This document shows positions 1 through 9,996 of a stretch of 40,000 nt of DNA, one piece after another. A program made the translations under genes and the position numbers. The stretch covers positions 296,237-336,236 of the forward strand of contig CAVVQD010000001.1 in NCBI GenBank assembly GCA_963750335.1, written 5' to 3'. Origin of the DNA: an uncultured Actinomycetota bacterium (GTDB lineage: Bacteria; Actinomycetota; Actinomycetes; Actinomycetales; JBBAYJ01). The notes under the pieces are model-generated. The model was not told the DNA's origin. It was given only the letters and a program-made list of their open reading frames with translations, and did no database searches. Numbering within the stretch: position 1 is the stretch's first letter; each line of letters begins with the position of its first letter.

Positions 1-1
1 C

Positions 2-424
2 GGCTCGCTGCGGGCCCACCGGACCCGCTGGGGCACGCTGGACTCCCGCCGGATCCGCGGCACGATCCAGGGGCTCTTCACCCGCCTCCGGATCAAGGCC
101 CCCCACGTCGGCGCCCCGGTGCGCTCGCTCTCGGGCGGCAACGCCCAGCGCGTCGTGCTGGGCAAGTGGCTGGCCACCCGTCCCGCGGTCCTCATGCTCA
201 ACGGCCCCACCGTCGGCGTCGACGTCGGCTCCAAGGCCGAGATCCTCGGCCTCCTCCGCGAGGAGGCCGCCCGCGGGATGGGGGTCGTCGTCATCTCCGA
301 CGACGCGCCCGAGCTGGTCTCCAGCTGCCACCGCGTGCTCGTCGTCCGTCAGGGACGCATCGCGCACACCCTCACGGGAGCCGACGTCGAGGTCGCCACG
401 ATCCTGGACAGGATGGCCGCATGA
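2..424 (+). CDS. ABC transporter ATP-binding protein, C-terminal part (5' end lies outside the window), sugar/ribose type
   Basis: The frame is open from the window edge. ABC signature 'LSGGNAQRVVLGKWL' is followed by 'VLMLNGPTVGVDVGSK'. The stop overlaps the next start (ATGA at 421-424). Confidence 0.85.
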   Translation, partial: GSLRAHRTRWGTLDSRRIRGTIQGLFTRLRIKAPHVGAPVRSLSGGNAQRVVLGKWLATRPAVLMLNGPTVGVDVGSKAEILGLLREEAARGMGVVVISDDAPELVSSCHRVLVVRQGRIAHTLTGADVEVATILDRMAA

Positions 425-1434
425 GCCGGTTCCGCGGCGCGAACAACGAGGGCGTCCTGCTCGTCATCCTCGTGGCCCTCGTCATCGGGATGTCCCTCGC
501 CAACCCCGCCTTCTTCTCCGTGTCGACGCTGTTCGCGGTCGTCCGCAGCTCGATCGTCCCGGTCGTGCTCGCGCTCGGGGTGCTCATCGTCATCGTCTCC
601 GGCGGGATCGACGTCTCCTTCGCGGCGGTCGCCGTGTTCGCGGCCTACTCCACCGTCCTGCTCACCGAGGGCGACCCGCTGGGCCTGGGGATCGTCGGGG
701 CGCTGCTGTGCGCGCTGGTCATCGGGGCGCTGCTCGGCCTGGTCAACGGGACGGTGATCTCCCGCTTCCGGCTGCCGACGCTCATCGTCACCCTCGGCAC
801 GCAGGGCATCTTCCGCGGCGTCCTGCTCACCTACGTGGGCGCGGCCTACATCGCGAACCTGCCCGCGCCGATGGCCGCGCTGTCCACCACGGACCTCGTC
901 ACCCTGACCGTCGGCGACCGGCGCACCAGCCTGACGGCCATGGTCGTCCCGCCGGTCCTGCTCTGCCTGTTCGTGGCCTGGCTGCTCGGACGGACCATGT
1001 TCGGGCGGGCCGTCTACGCCATCGGCGGCGACCCCGAGGCCGCCCGTCGCGCCGGCTTCCGCGTCGCGCGCACCCAGCTCATGGTCTACGTGCTCGTGGG
1101 GATGATGGCGGCCCTCGGCGGGCTGGTCTTCGTCATCATGGGCCGCAGCGCCAGCCCGCAGGACCTGGTCGGCGGCGAGCTCGACATCATCGCCGCCGTC
1201 GTCCTCGGCGGGGCGTCGATCTTCGGGGGGCGCGGCTCGGTGCTCGGCACCGTGCTCGGCGTCCTGCTGGTCCAGGTCATCAACAACAGCCTCATCCTCG
1301 CCGGCGTCCCCAGCGCCTGGCAGCGGACGGCGGTCGGCCTGCTCCTCGTCGTCGGCGTGGGCGTGCAGGCGCTCGCCGCCAAGCGCTCCGCGACCACCGT
1401 GCACGCCCACGACGAGCAGGGGGTCCCCGCATGA
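421..1434 (+). CDS. Sugar ABC transporter permease (RbsC/AraH-like)
   Basis: ATG at 421 inside ORF 166..1434 ('MSRFRGANNEGVLLVILVAL...'). Hydrophobic multi-TM protein with 'SGGIDVSFAAV' and 'TLGTQGIFRG'. Coupled to both neighbours by 4-nt overlaps. Confidence 0.85.
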   Translation: MSRFRGANNEGVLLVILVALVIGMSLANPAFFSVSTLFAVVRSSIVPVVLALGVLIVIVSGGIDVSFAAVAVFAAYSTVLLTEGDPLGLGIVGALLCALVIGALLGLVNGTVISRFRLPTLIVTLGTQGIFRGVLLTYVGAAYIANLPAPMAALSTTDLVTLTVGDRRTSLTAMVVPPVLLCLFVAWLLGRTMFGRAVYAIGGDPEAARRAGFRVARTQLMVYVLVGMMAALGGLVFVIMGRSASPQDLVGGELDIIAAVVLGGASIFGGRGSVLGTVLGVLLVQVINNSLILAGVPSAWQRTAVGLLLVVGVGVQALAAKRSATTVHAHDEQGVPA

Positions 1435-2534
1435 GCGCACCCGTGCGCACCGCCGACCCGCAGCCCGGGTCTCCCGCCGCCCCCGACCGCGGGGTCGCGG
1501 CGCTCGTCGGCCGGCTCCAGGTCGACCGCCGGCTCAGCCGGATGGCGGTCCTGCTGGTGGTGGCCTTCGCGTTCTTCGCCGTCCAGCGGCCGGGGGTGTT
1601 CCTCAACCCCATCAACCTGCAGAACATCATGGTCGCCACCCCCGAGATCGGGGTGCTGGCCCTCGCCATGACCCTGGCCATGCTCACCGGCGGGATCGAC
1701 CTCTCCCTCGTGGCCGTGGCCAACCTGTCCGCCATCAGCATGTCCATGACGTTCTCCGCGATCGCCGCCTCCGACCCGGCGCGCGCCGAGCAGAGCGCGC
1801 CGCTGCTCGTCCTGGTCGGCGCCGCCGTCGGCCTCGCGTGCGGGCTCGTCAACGGCCTGCTCGTCTCCCGGCTGGGGATCACGCCCATCCTCGCCACGCT
1901 CGGCAGCATGCAGGTGTTCAACGGCCTGGCCATCGTGTGGACCGGCGGGAGCGTGCTGTACGGCTCGCCCGAGGTGCTCACCGCCACGGGACGCTCCACG
2001 GTGGCCGGGGTCCCCGTCCTGTTCCTCGTGTTCCTGCTCGTGGCCGTCGCGGTCGCGGTGCTCGTCAACCGCACGCCGGTCGGGCTGAAGATCCAGCTGC
2101 AGGGGGCCAACCCCGTCGCCGCGCGGTACTCCGGCGTCGACAGCCGGTCCGTCCTCATGAGGACCTACCTGCTGACCGGGCTGCTCGGCGGCGTCGCCGG
2201 CGTGCTGTTCCTCACCCGCAACCCCACCGCGTCCGCGGACTACGGCGCCTCCTACGTCCTGCTCGTCATCGTCATCGCCGTCCTCGGGGGCACCAACCCC
2301 AACGGTGGCTTCGCCACGGTCGCCGGCGTCGTGCTGGCCGCCCTCACCCTGCAGATCGTGGCCAGCGGCTTCACCGCGATCCGGCTGACGAGCTACCACT
2401 ACGCCATCGCCCAGGGCGTCATCCTCATCGCGGTGATGGTGAGCGACCAGGTGCGCTGGCGCCGCCGCGGCCGACGGCCCCGCACGGACGCCCAGACCGC
2501 CGAGGCCACCGTACGCGAGGCCGCCGCGCCGTGA
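1431..2534 (+). CDS. Sugar ABC transporter permease, second subunit
   Basis: ATG at 1431 inside ORF 708..2534 ('MSAPVRTADPQ...'). Multi-TM protein with 'TGGIDLSLVAVANL' and 'ATLGSMQVFNGLAIV'. Confidence 0.85.
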   Translation: MSAPVRTADPQPGSPAAPDRGVAALVGRLQVDRRLSRMAVLLVVAFAFFAVQRPGVFLNPINLQNIMVATPEIGVLALAMTLAMLTGGIDLSLVAVANLSAISMSMTFSAIAASDPARAEQSAPLLVLVGAAVGLACGLVNGLLVSRLGITPILATLGSMQVFNGLAIVWTGGSVLYGSPEVLTATGRSTVAGVPVLFLVFLLVAVAVAVLVNRTPVGLKIQLQGANPVAARYSGVDSRSVLMRTYLLTGLLGGVAGVLFLTRNPTASADYGASYVLLVIVIAVLGGTNPNGGFATVAGVVLAALTLQIVASGFTAIRLTSYHYAIAQGVILIAVMVSDQVRWRRRGRRPRTDAQTAEATVREAAAP

Positions 2535-2586
2535 CGGGGCCCCGGCACCACCCAGACCTGCTCCGCCCGCATCCCGGAGGGACACC

Positions 2587-3588
<1,002 letters not shown>

Positions 3589-3591
3589 GCA

Positions 3592-4227
3592 GTGCGTGCC
3601 CCCGACATCAACGCCTCCATCCGCAGCAGCCTGGCCGAGCTGGTCGGCTCGGCCGACGAGCTGCGCGACCTGGACCAGGCCCTGGGCGACGGCGACCTGG
3701 GCATCACCGTGTCCCTCGGTGCCGCAGCCGTCATCGCCGCGCTCGAGGCGCTGCCGGACGACACGTCCCCGGGCCTCATCGCGCGCGAGTGCGCCAAGGC
3801 CTTCGCCAACGCCAACCCTTCGACCATGGCCGCGCTGGTCGCCGGCGGCCTGCTCGCCGGGTCCAAGGTCTGGGCGGACGCCGAGGAGGTCGACGTCGCC
3901 GACGCCGCCCGCTTCGTGCGGGCGGCGGGCGAGAACATCGCCCAGCGCGGCAAGACCCAGCTCGGGGACAAGACGATCCTCGACTCGATCATGCCGGCGG
4001 CCGACGCGCTCGCCGCGGCTACCGAGGCGCGTGCCGGCCTCGAGGCGGCCATCGAGGCCGCCGGCCGGGCGGTCGTGGACACCAAGGCCCTGCAGTCGCG
4101 ACGCGGCCGGGCCTCCTGGCTGCAGGAACGGAGCATCGGCCTGCAGGACCCGGGGGCCACCGCGTTCCTGCGGTTCCTGGAGTCCTGGCACGCCGCCAGC
4201 ACCGCCACCACCACCCCCCGCTCCTGA
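3592..4227 (+). CDS. dhaL: Dihydroxyacetone kinase subunit DhaL (Dak2 domain)
   Basis: GTG start 4 nt after the dhaK stop. 'LDQALGDGDLGITVSLG' and 'GDKTILDSIMPAADAL' are typical of the DhaL ADP-binding subunit. Confidence 0.88.
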   Translation: MRAPDINASIRSSLAELVGSADELRDLDQALGDGDLGITVSLGAAAVIAALEALPDDTSPGLIARECAKAFANANPSTMAALVAGGLLAGSKVWADAEEVDVADAARFVRAAGENIAQRGKTQLGDKTILDSIMPAADALAAATEARAGLEAAIEAAGRAVVDTKALQSRRGRASWLQERSIGLQDPGATAFLRFLESWHAASTATTTPRS

Positions 4228-4237
4228 GGAGACACGC

Positions 4238-5121
4238 ATGACCAGCATCGCCTACCTGGGTCTCGGCACGATGGGCCGCGGCATGGTCGCCACGCTCGCC
4301 GCGGCCGGCCACGACGTCACCGTCTGGAACCGCACGCCGACCGACGTCTCCGACCTCGGTGCCACCTCCGCGTCGAGCGTCGCCGACGCCCTGTCCGGCG
4401 CCGACGTCGTCCTGTACTGCCTGTCCGACGACACCGCTGTCCGCGCGGTCGCCCTCGGGCGAGGAGGGCGTGGCCGCGCTCGCCCGCCCCGACCAGGTCG
4501 TCGTCGACATGTCGACCATCAGCCCGGAGCTGTCGGACGAGGAGGCGGCCGCGTTCGCCGCGCGCGGGGTCCCGTTCCTGGACGCGCCGGTCTTCGGCTC
4601 CAAGGGCGAGGCCGCCGCCGGCGGCCTGTGGGTCGTCGTCGGCGGCGACGCCGACGTCCTGGCGCGGGTGCGGCCCGTGCTCGACGCGGTGGCCGAGAGC
4701 GTGCACCACATCGGCCCGCAGGGCTCCGGCGCGCGGATGAAGCTCGTCGGCAACCTCGTGGTCGCCGCCCAGCTGGAGGTGCTGGGGGAGTCCCTCAGCC
4801 TGGCCAGGGCCGCCGGGCTGGACCTGAGCAGGGTGCTCGAGGTCTTCGCGGCGACCGACTTCCGCTCGCCCATCTTCGACGGCGTCGGGCCGGGCGTCCT
4901 GGCCGACGACTACTCGCCCGCCTTCGCCCTGCACCTCATGGTCAAGGACGTCGGCCTGGTGCAAGGCCTTCGCGGGCAGCGTCGGCGCCGCCGTCCCCAC
5001 CGCCGAGGTCGTCGCGTCGTCGCTGGCCGGCGCGATGGACGCCGGCTACGGCGACGAGAACGCCTCGGCCCTCATCAAGGTCGTCGCCGGGCGGGCCGGG
5101 GTCGACCTCGCCCAGCGCTGA
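4238..5121 (+). pseudogene. NAD(P)-dependent oxidoreductase, 3-hydroxyisobutyrate/6-phosphogluconate dehydrogenase-like (beta-hydroxyacid dehydrogenase family). Needs two frame corrections.
   Basis: Rossmann N-terminus 'IAYLGLGTMGRGMVATLAAAGHDVTVWNRT' is in the frame of ORF 3596..5179. It continues as 'GEEGVAALARPDQVVVDMSTISPE...MKLVGNLVVAAQLEVLGESL...HLMVKDVGLV' in the frame of ORF 4359..6878. The C-terminus 'AFAGSVGAAVPTAEVVASSLAGAMDAGYGDENASALIKVVAGRAGVDLAQR*' is in the third frame (translated by hand). Frame changes lie near ~4459 and ~4965. Confidence 0.8.
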
Positions 5122-5136
5122 GGTGCGGCTCGAGCC

Positions 5137-5170
5137 GACCGGGCAGAACCCCCTGGGGTTCTGCCCGGTC
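5137..5170 (+). terminator. Strong GC-rich hairpin (perfect 16-nt inverted repeat) downstream of the dehydrogenase gene. Probable intrinsic terminator without a U-tract.
   Basis: 'GACCGGGCAGAACCCC'-CT-'GGGGTTCTGCCCGGTC' was read directly. It starts 16 nt after the stop at 5121 and ends 20 nt before the next start. Confidence 0.6.
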
Positions 5171-5189
5171 CGCTCGTAGGCTCCCCGGG

Positions 5190-8100
5190 GTGAGCGACGC
5201 TGCCCCGTATCTCCGGTATCCCACCGTCCGCGGCGACGTCGTCGCCTTCGTCGCCGAGGACGAGGTGTGGGCCGCCCCTACCGACGGCGGGCGCGCCTGG
5301 CCCCTGACCGCCGACCGGGCGCCGGTGGCCTTCGCGCACCTCTCCCCGGACGGCCGCCGGGTGGCGTTCACGAGCCGCCGCGAGGGGCCGCCCGAGGTGC
5401 ACGTCGCCGACCTGGACGGCGGCGGCGCGCGCCGGCTCACGTTCTGGGGCGACGACGTGACCCGGGTGCTGGGCTGGCTCGACGACGACCACGTGGTCGC
5501 GGCGACCCCGGCCGGGCAGGCGTCGCGCTGGGTGACGTGGGCCTACGCCGTGCCCGTCGACGGCGGTCCGGCCCGCCGCCTGCCGCTCGGACCGGTCTCC
5601 GGCTGGACCGCCCGCCCCGGCGGGGCCACGGTCGTGGCCACCGACGGCAACCGGCGCGGTGCGGCCGCCTGGAAGCGCTACCGCGGCGGGACCATCGGCC
5701 GGCTTCTGGCTCGACCCGACCGGCGAGGGGCGCTTCGACCGCTTCCTCGCCGAGGTGGACGGCCAGCTCGAGGACCCGGTGTGGACCGGCGACCGGCTGG
5801 CGTTCCTGTCCGACCACGAGGGCTGGGGCAACGTGTACTCCGTCGCCGCCGACGGCTCCGACCTGCGCCGGCACAGCGACCACGCCGACCGGTACGCCCG
5901 CGCCCTGTCCGGCGACGGCACCCGCCTCGTCCACGCCGCGCACGGCGACCTCTATCTCCTCGACGACCTCGACGACCCCGACGCGGGCCCCCGACGGCTC
6001 GACGTCGTGCTGCCGGGCACCCGGACCGGACGTCGTCCCGTCCCGGTCGACGTGGCCGAGGCGCTCGGCGACGTCGCCGTGGACCGCACCGGGCGAGCCG
6101 CGGCCGTCGAGGTGCGCGGCACCCTGCGCTGGCTGACCTCCCGCGACGGGCCGGTCCGGGCGGTCGCCGACGAGCCCGGCGTCCGGGTGCGGCTGCCCCG
6201 GGTGCTGCCGACGCCGGGCGAGGTCCCCGACCACGACCGGCCGCTCGTGCTCCGGGTCACCGACGCCCCCGGCGACGACGCGCTGGAGCTGGGGCCGGCG
6301 GACGGGTCGTCGGCGCCGCGCCGTCTCGCCGCCGGACGGCTGGGCCGGGTGCTGGACCTGGCCGTGTCGCCGGACGGGCACCGGGCCGCGGTGGCCAGCC
6401 ACGACGGCCGGGTCCTGCTCGTCGACCTCGCCGGCGACGGTCCCGACGGCCCAGACGCTCCCGACGGTCCGGACGAGCAGGTCGAGCCGGTCGTCCTGGC
6501 CGAGGGGCTGGAGAGCGACGCGACCGGGCTCGTGTTCTCGCCGTGCTCGGGCTGGCTCGCCTGGTCCCACCCCGGCACGCACCCGCTCCGTCAGCTCCGC
6601 CTGGCCGAGCTTGCGCCCGACGGCGGCGGCCCGGCGCGGGTCGTCGAGGCCACCCCGCTGCGCTTCGTCGACACCGACCCGGTGTTCACCGACGACGGGC
6701 TGCACCTCGCGTTCCTCTCGGTGCGGACCTTCGACCCGGTCTACGACGCGATGGCCTTCGACATGGCCTTCGTCGCCGCCCAGCGGCCCTACCTGCTGCC
6801 GCTGGCCGCGACCACCCCCTCCCCGCTGGACCCGTCGGTGGACGGCCGCCCGGTCGTCGACCCTCCGGCTGCCGCTGACCCCGGAGCCACCCCCGCCGCG
6901 CCCGCCCCCACGGTGGTCGACGTCGACGGCCTGCTCGCCCGCGCGGTGCCGCTGCCCGTGCCGGGCGGCCGGTACGAGGACCTGCAGGCGGCCGTCCACG
7001 GCCTGCTGTGGCGGGAGCCGCCGCTGGCCGGGGAGCTCGGCGAGTCCCGCCGCGCCCCGGACGACGAGCCCAAGGCCGCGCTGCGCCGCTTCGACCTGCG
7101 CACCCGCACCGTCGAGACCCTCGTCGAGGGGGTGCGCGGGGCCTGGGTGTCCGGCGACGGCACCCGCGTGCTCGTCCGCGGCGACGACGGGCTGCGGCTG
7201 CTGCCCGCCGACCGCAAGGTGCCCGCCGACGACACGCAGTCCGCCGTCACGGTCGACCTCGGCCGCGTCCGGGTCGTGGTCGACCCGGCCACCGAGTGGC
7301 GGCAGATGTTCGACGAGCAGGGCCGGCTCATGCGGGACCACTTCTGGGTGCCCGACATGGCCGGCGTCGACTGGGACGAGGTGCTGCGCCGCTACCGGCC
7401 CCTGGTCGACCGGGCGGCCACCCGCGACGACCTGTCCGAGATCCTGTGGGAGACGGTCGGCGAGCTCGGGTCCTCGCACGCCTACGAGACCCCGCCGCCC
7501 CGGCCCGTCGAGCCGCGCTGCGGCTCGGGCACCTCGGCGCGGACCTCGCCCGCGACCCCGACGGCACGTGGCGGGTGGCCCGGGTGCTGCCCGGCGAGCC
7601 CAGCGTCGTCGCCGCCCGCTCGCCGCTGCTGGCTCCCGGCGTCGGGGTGGGCGAGGGCGACGCCGTCGTCGCCGTCGACGGCCGCCCGGTCGATGCCGGC
7701 ACCGGGCCCGGCCCGCTGCTCGTCGGGACCGCGTCCCGGCCCACCGAGCTCACAATCCTGCCTGCCGACGGCGGCGAGCCACGCCGGGTGGTCGTCGTGC
7801 CGCTGGCCGACGAGCGGCCCGTCCGCTACCACGACTGGGTCTCCGGCCGGCGGCGCGCGGTGCACGAGGCGACGGACGGCCGGGTCGGCTACCTCCACGT
7901 CCCGGACATGGTGGCCAGCGGCTGGGCGCAGCTGCACCGCGACCTGCACAGCGAGGTCCGCCGCGAGGGCCTCGTCGTCGACCTGCGCGCCAACGGCGGC
8001 GGTCACCTGTCGGAGCTCGTGCTGGAGAAGCTGGCCCGCCGGGTCCGCGCCCAGACCGTGAGCCGCCACGCCGCCGCAGGAGACCTGGCCGAGCGACGCG

Positions 8101-8509
8101 CCCGCGCGGCCCGCTGGTCTGCGTGACCAACCAGTGGGCGGGCAGCGACGGGGACATCGGCACGTCGATGTTCCGCACGCTCGGCCTCGGCCCGGTGGTA
8201 GGGACGCGGACCTGGGGCGGGGTGGTCGGCATCGACGGGCGGTACACGCTGGTCGACGGGACCTCGGTCACCCAGCCCCGGTACGGGTTCTGGATGCGGG
8301 CCGAGGGGTGGGGGATCGAGAACCACGGCGTCGACCCCGACGTCGAGGTACCGCACCCGCCGCAGGCGTGGGCGGCGGGGGAGGACCCGCAGCTCGACGC
8401 CGCCGTCGGTCTGGTGCTCGAGGCGCTCGCGTCCGCCGAGCCGGTGCCCGAGCCGGAGTGGCGGACTCGGCCCGACCGGTCGGCCCCGGCGCTCCCGCCG
8501 CGCCGGTGA
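5190..8509 (+). pseudogene. Tricorn protease homologue (WD40/beta-propeller + PDZ + S41 peptidase). Needs about four frame corrections.
   Basis: GTG at 5190 ('VSDAAPYLRYPTVRGDVVAFVAEDEVW'). The gene reads through four frame segments:
- 'WKRYRGGT' in frame 0
- 'WLDPTGEGRFDRFL...SSHAYE' in the frame of ORF 5659..8061
- 'LGADLARDPDGTWRV...GYLHVPDM...VVDLRANGGGHLSELVLEKLARR' in the frame of ORF 7008..8126
- a short 'TWPSDAP' piece, then 'GPLVCVTNQWAGSDGDI...TRTWGGVVGIDG' in the frame of ORF 6611..8509
Frame changes lie near ~5704, ~7515, ~8068 and ~8105. Confidence 0.8.
6436..6474 (+). repeat. Imperfect 9-bp tandem repeat (about 4 units) inside the tricorn homologue, encoding (D-G/A-P)n
   Basis: 'GACGGTCCC GACGGCCCA GACGCTCCC GACGGTCCG GAC' encodes 'DGPDGPDAPDGPD'. 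It is in frame and coding, and looks like a low-complexity linker insertion. Confidence 0.7.
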
Positions 8510-8614
8510 CCGCGGCCGTGGCGCTCTCCCGGCCGAGGCGCGGCGGCGGTCGTCCCGCGGCGCCCTGCCCGGACGTGGTGCCCGGTTGTCGGACCCGGGC
8601 GGGAGGCTGACCGC

Positions 8615-9217
8615 GTGGCGGAGCAGGCGCAGGAGCTGACGGTCCCCGACGTCGACGCGTGGCGGGAGTGGCTGGCCGACAACGTCGACCACCAGCCCGG
8701 GGTCTGGCTCACCCTGGCGAAGAAGGGCACGACCACCCCCACGAGCCTCACCTACGCCCAGGCGCTGCAGGAGGCGCTGTGCCAGGGGTGGATCGACGGG
8801 CAGGCCAAGAGCATCGACGAGCAGATCTACCGCCAGCGGTACACCCCGCGGCGGGCTCGGAGCATCTGGTCCGCCCGCAACGTCGGCTACATCGAGAAGC
8901 TCACCGCCGAGGGGCGGATGCAGCCGCAGGGCATCGCCGAGGTCGAGCGGGCCAAGGCCGACGGCCGCTGGGCCGCCGCCTACGAGGGCCCGGCGTCCAT
9001 CCAGGTGCCCGACGACCTGGCCGCCGCCTTCGAGGACGAGCCCGCCGCGAAGGCCCTGTTCGACGAGCTCGACGCCCAGAACCGGTACGCGGTGTTGCAC
9101 CGGGTCACCTCGGCGGTCCGCCCGGAGACCCGAGCCAAGCGCATCAGGGCCAACGTGGCCATGCTCGCCCGGGGCGAGACGCCCTTCCCGCGGCGGATGA
9201 AGCGCACCAGCCGCTGA
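8615..9217 (+). CDS. YdeI/OmpD-associated family protein
   Basis: Intact 200-aa ORF (GTG start). 'TYAQALQEALCQGWIDGQ', 'RQRYTPRRARSIWSARN' and 'NRYAVLHRVTSAVRPETRAKRI' match the YdeI-type family pattern. Confidence 0.7.
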   Translation: MAEQAQELTVPDVDAWREWLADNVDHQPGVWLTLAKKGTTTPTSLTYAQALQEALCQGWIDGQAKSIDEQIYRQRYTPRRARSIWSARNVGYIEKLTAEGRMQPQGIAEVERAKADGRWAAAYEGPASIQVPDDLAAAFEDEPAAKALFDELDAQNRYAVLHRVTSAVRPETRAKRIRANVAMLARGETPFPRRMKRTSR

Positions 9218-9275
9218 GCGGCGGCGGTGTGCGCGCGCCGCTGAACTGTCGCGTCTGGGCGCGGTCGGGCCCCGC

Positions 9276-9755
9276 TCAGACCCCGAGCGCCTTCCGGACC
9301 GACGGCGGGCACGGCCCCGCGTACCGGCGCATCTGCTCGGCGTCGAGGACCACGCGCCGGTCCGTGCGCAGCCAGCTCGTCCCGGGCCTCGGTGACCAGC
9401 CCTGCCGCGGCATGGCCAGCCACCCCGGCCGGCCGGTCTTGTCGGTGCTGGTCACGTAGAGAACCACGCACCGGCGCCCGTGGGTCTCGACCACGACGCA
9501 GGGCCGGTCCTTGCTGCCGGTGCCGTCCTCGAACGGCACCTCCGCCCACCACACGTCCCCGGTCTCCGGCCGGGTCCGGACGGCCCGCCCTGTCGGCCGG
9601 CCGCCGGTACGCCGGGAGGGCGGTCGTCGGGTGGCCCGACGAACCGCTCCCCACAGCACGAGAAAGGCCAGGACGACTACGGCCCAGATCGGGGTCGGGT
9701 CGTCGATCAGCGACAGGGGCCCTGGTGACCCACCCGACAACCCCATGGACATCAC
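9276..9755 (-). CDS. PemK/MazF-like (toxin-fold) protein with an N-terminal transmembrane anchor
   Basis: 'GDVWWAEVPFEDGTGSKDRPCVVV' is the typical N-terminal PemK/MazF strand motif. It is preceded by the hydrophobic helix 'IWAVVVLAFLVLWGAV' and an Arg-rich linker. The start is uncertain (MMSM...). Confidence 0.6.
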   Translation of the reverse strand: MMSMGLSGGSPGPLSLIDDPTPIWAVVVLAFLVLWGAVRRATRRPPSRRTGGRPTGRAVRTRPETGDVWWAEVPFEDGTGSKDRPCVVVETHGRRCVVLYVTSTDKTGRPGWLAMPRQGWSPRPGTSWLRTDRRVVLDAEQMRRYAGPCPPSVRKALGV

Positions 9756-9996
9756 GGTGGCACCCCTACGGCTGCCCCGTCCCGCACTCTCCGCGGGTGC
9801 GTTGCCCTAAGACACAAAACGGTAACGGTGCGCTCAACCGGACTATCCGCCCTCCCGCCGCCCGGCATGCTCTCCCCGGGGTGAGGGGTGCGTGCCGACT
9901 GGCGCGAGCGGGGGGCCGAACGAGGGTCGAGCCGTGCTGCCAGCGTGCGCTCGCCTCTGGTCCCGTCCACAGCAGTCCTTTGAGCAGGAGATACCC

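Noticed and set aside
349-1440. Long antisense or alternate-frame ORFs rich in Arg/Pro/Gly/Asp/His. Examples are 349..1440(-), 1086..2774(-), 2425..4248(-), 5437..7479(-), 23744..25066(-), 34562..37336(-) and 38112..39873(-).
   Set aside because: These are typical shadow ORFs of a very GC-rich genome. They have low-complexity composition and no recognisable motifs. Each overlaps a gene on the other strand or frame that has clear family signatures.
3596-5179. 527-aa ORF spanning dhaL and the dehydrogenase gene, as a possible fusion protein.
   Set aside because: Only the short stretch 'MTSIAYLGLGTMGRGM...DDTAVRAVALG' within it is meaningful. The rest is out-of-frame Pro/Arg/Ser-rich sequence over dhaL and over the frameshifted dehydrogenase.
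6436-6474. Short tandem repeat, as a possible CRISPR-like or regulatory repeat array.
   Set aside because: The 9-bp units have no spacers. They lie in frame inside the tricorn coding sequence and simply encode a DGP-type low-complexity linker.
9217-9242. GC-rich hairpin ('AGCGGCG'...'CGCCGCT') after the YdeI-like gene, as a terminator.
   Set aside because: It has only a 7-bp stem with a 12-nt loop and no T-tract. Such inverted repeats arise easily by chance at this GC content.
9752-9970. 72-aa ORF overlapping the PemK-like start by 4 nt, as a candidate antitoxin.
   Set aside because: Its Arg/Pro/Gly-rich composition shows no RHH, AbrB or HTH-like pattern and its codon bias is poor. It sits in what looks like a divergent promoter region. 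I kept it only as a note in the PemK finding.
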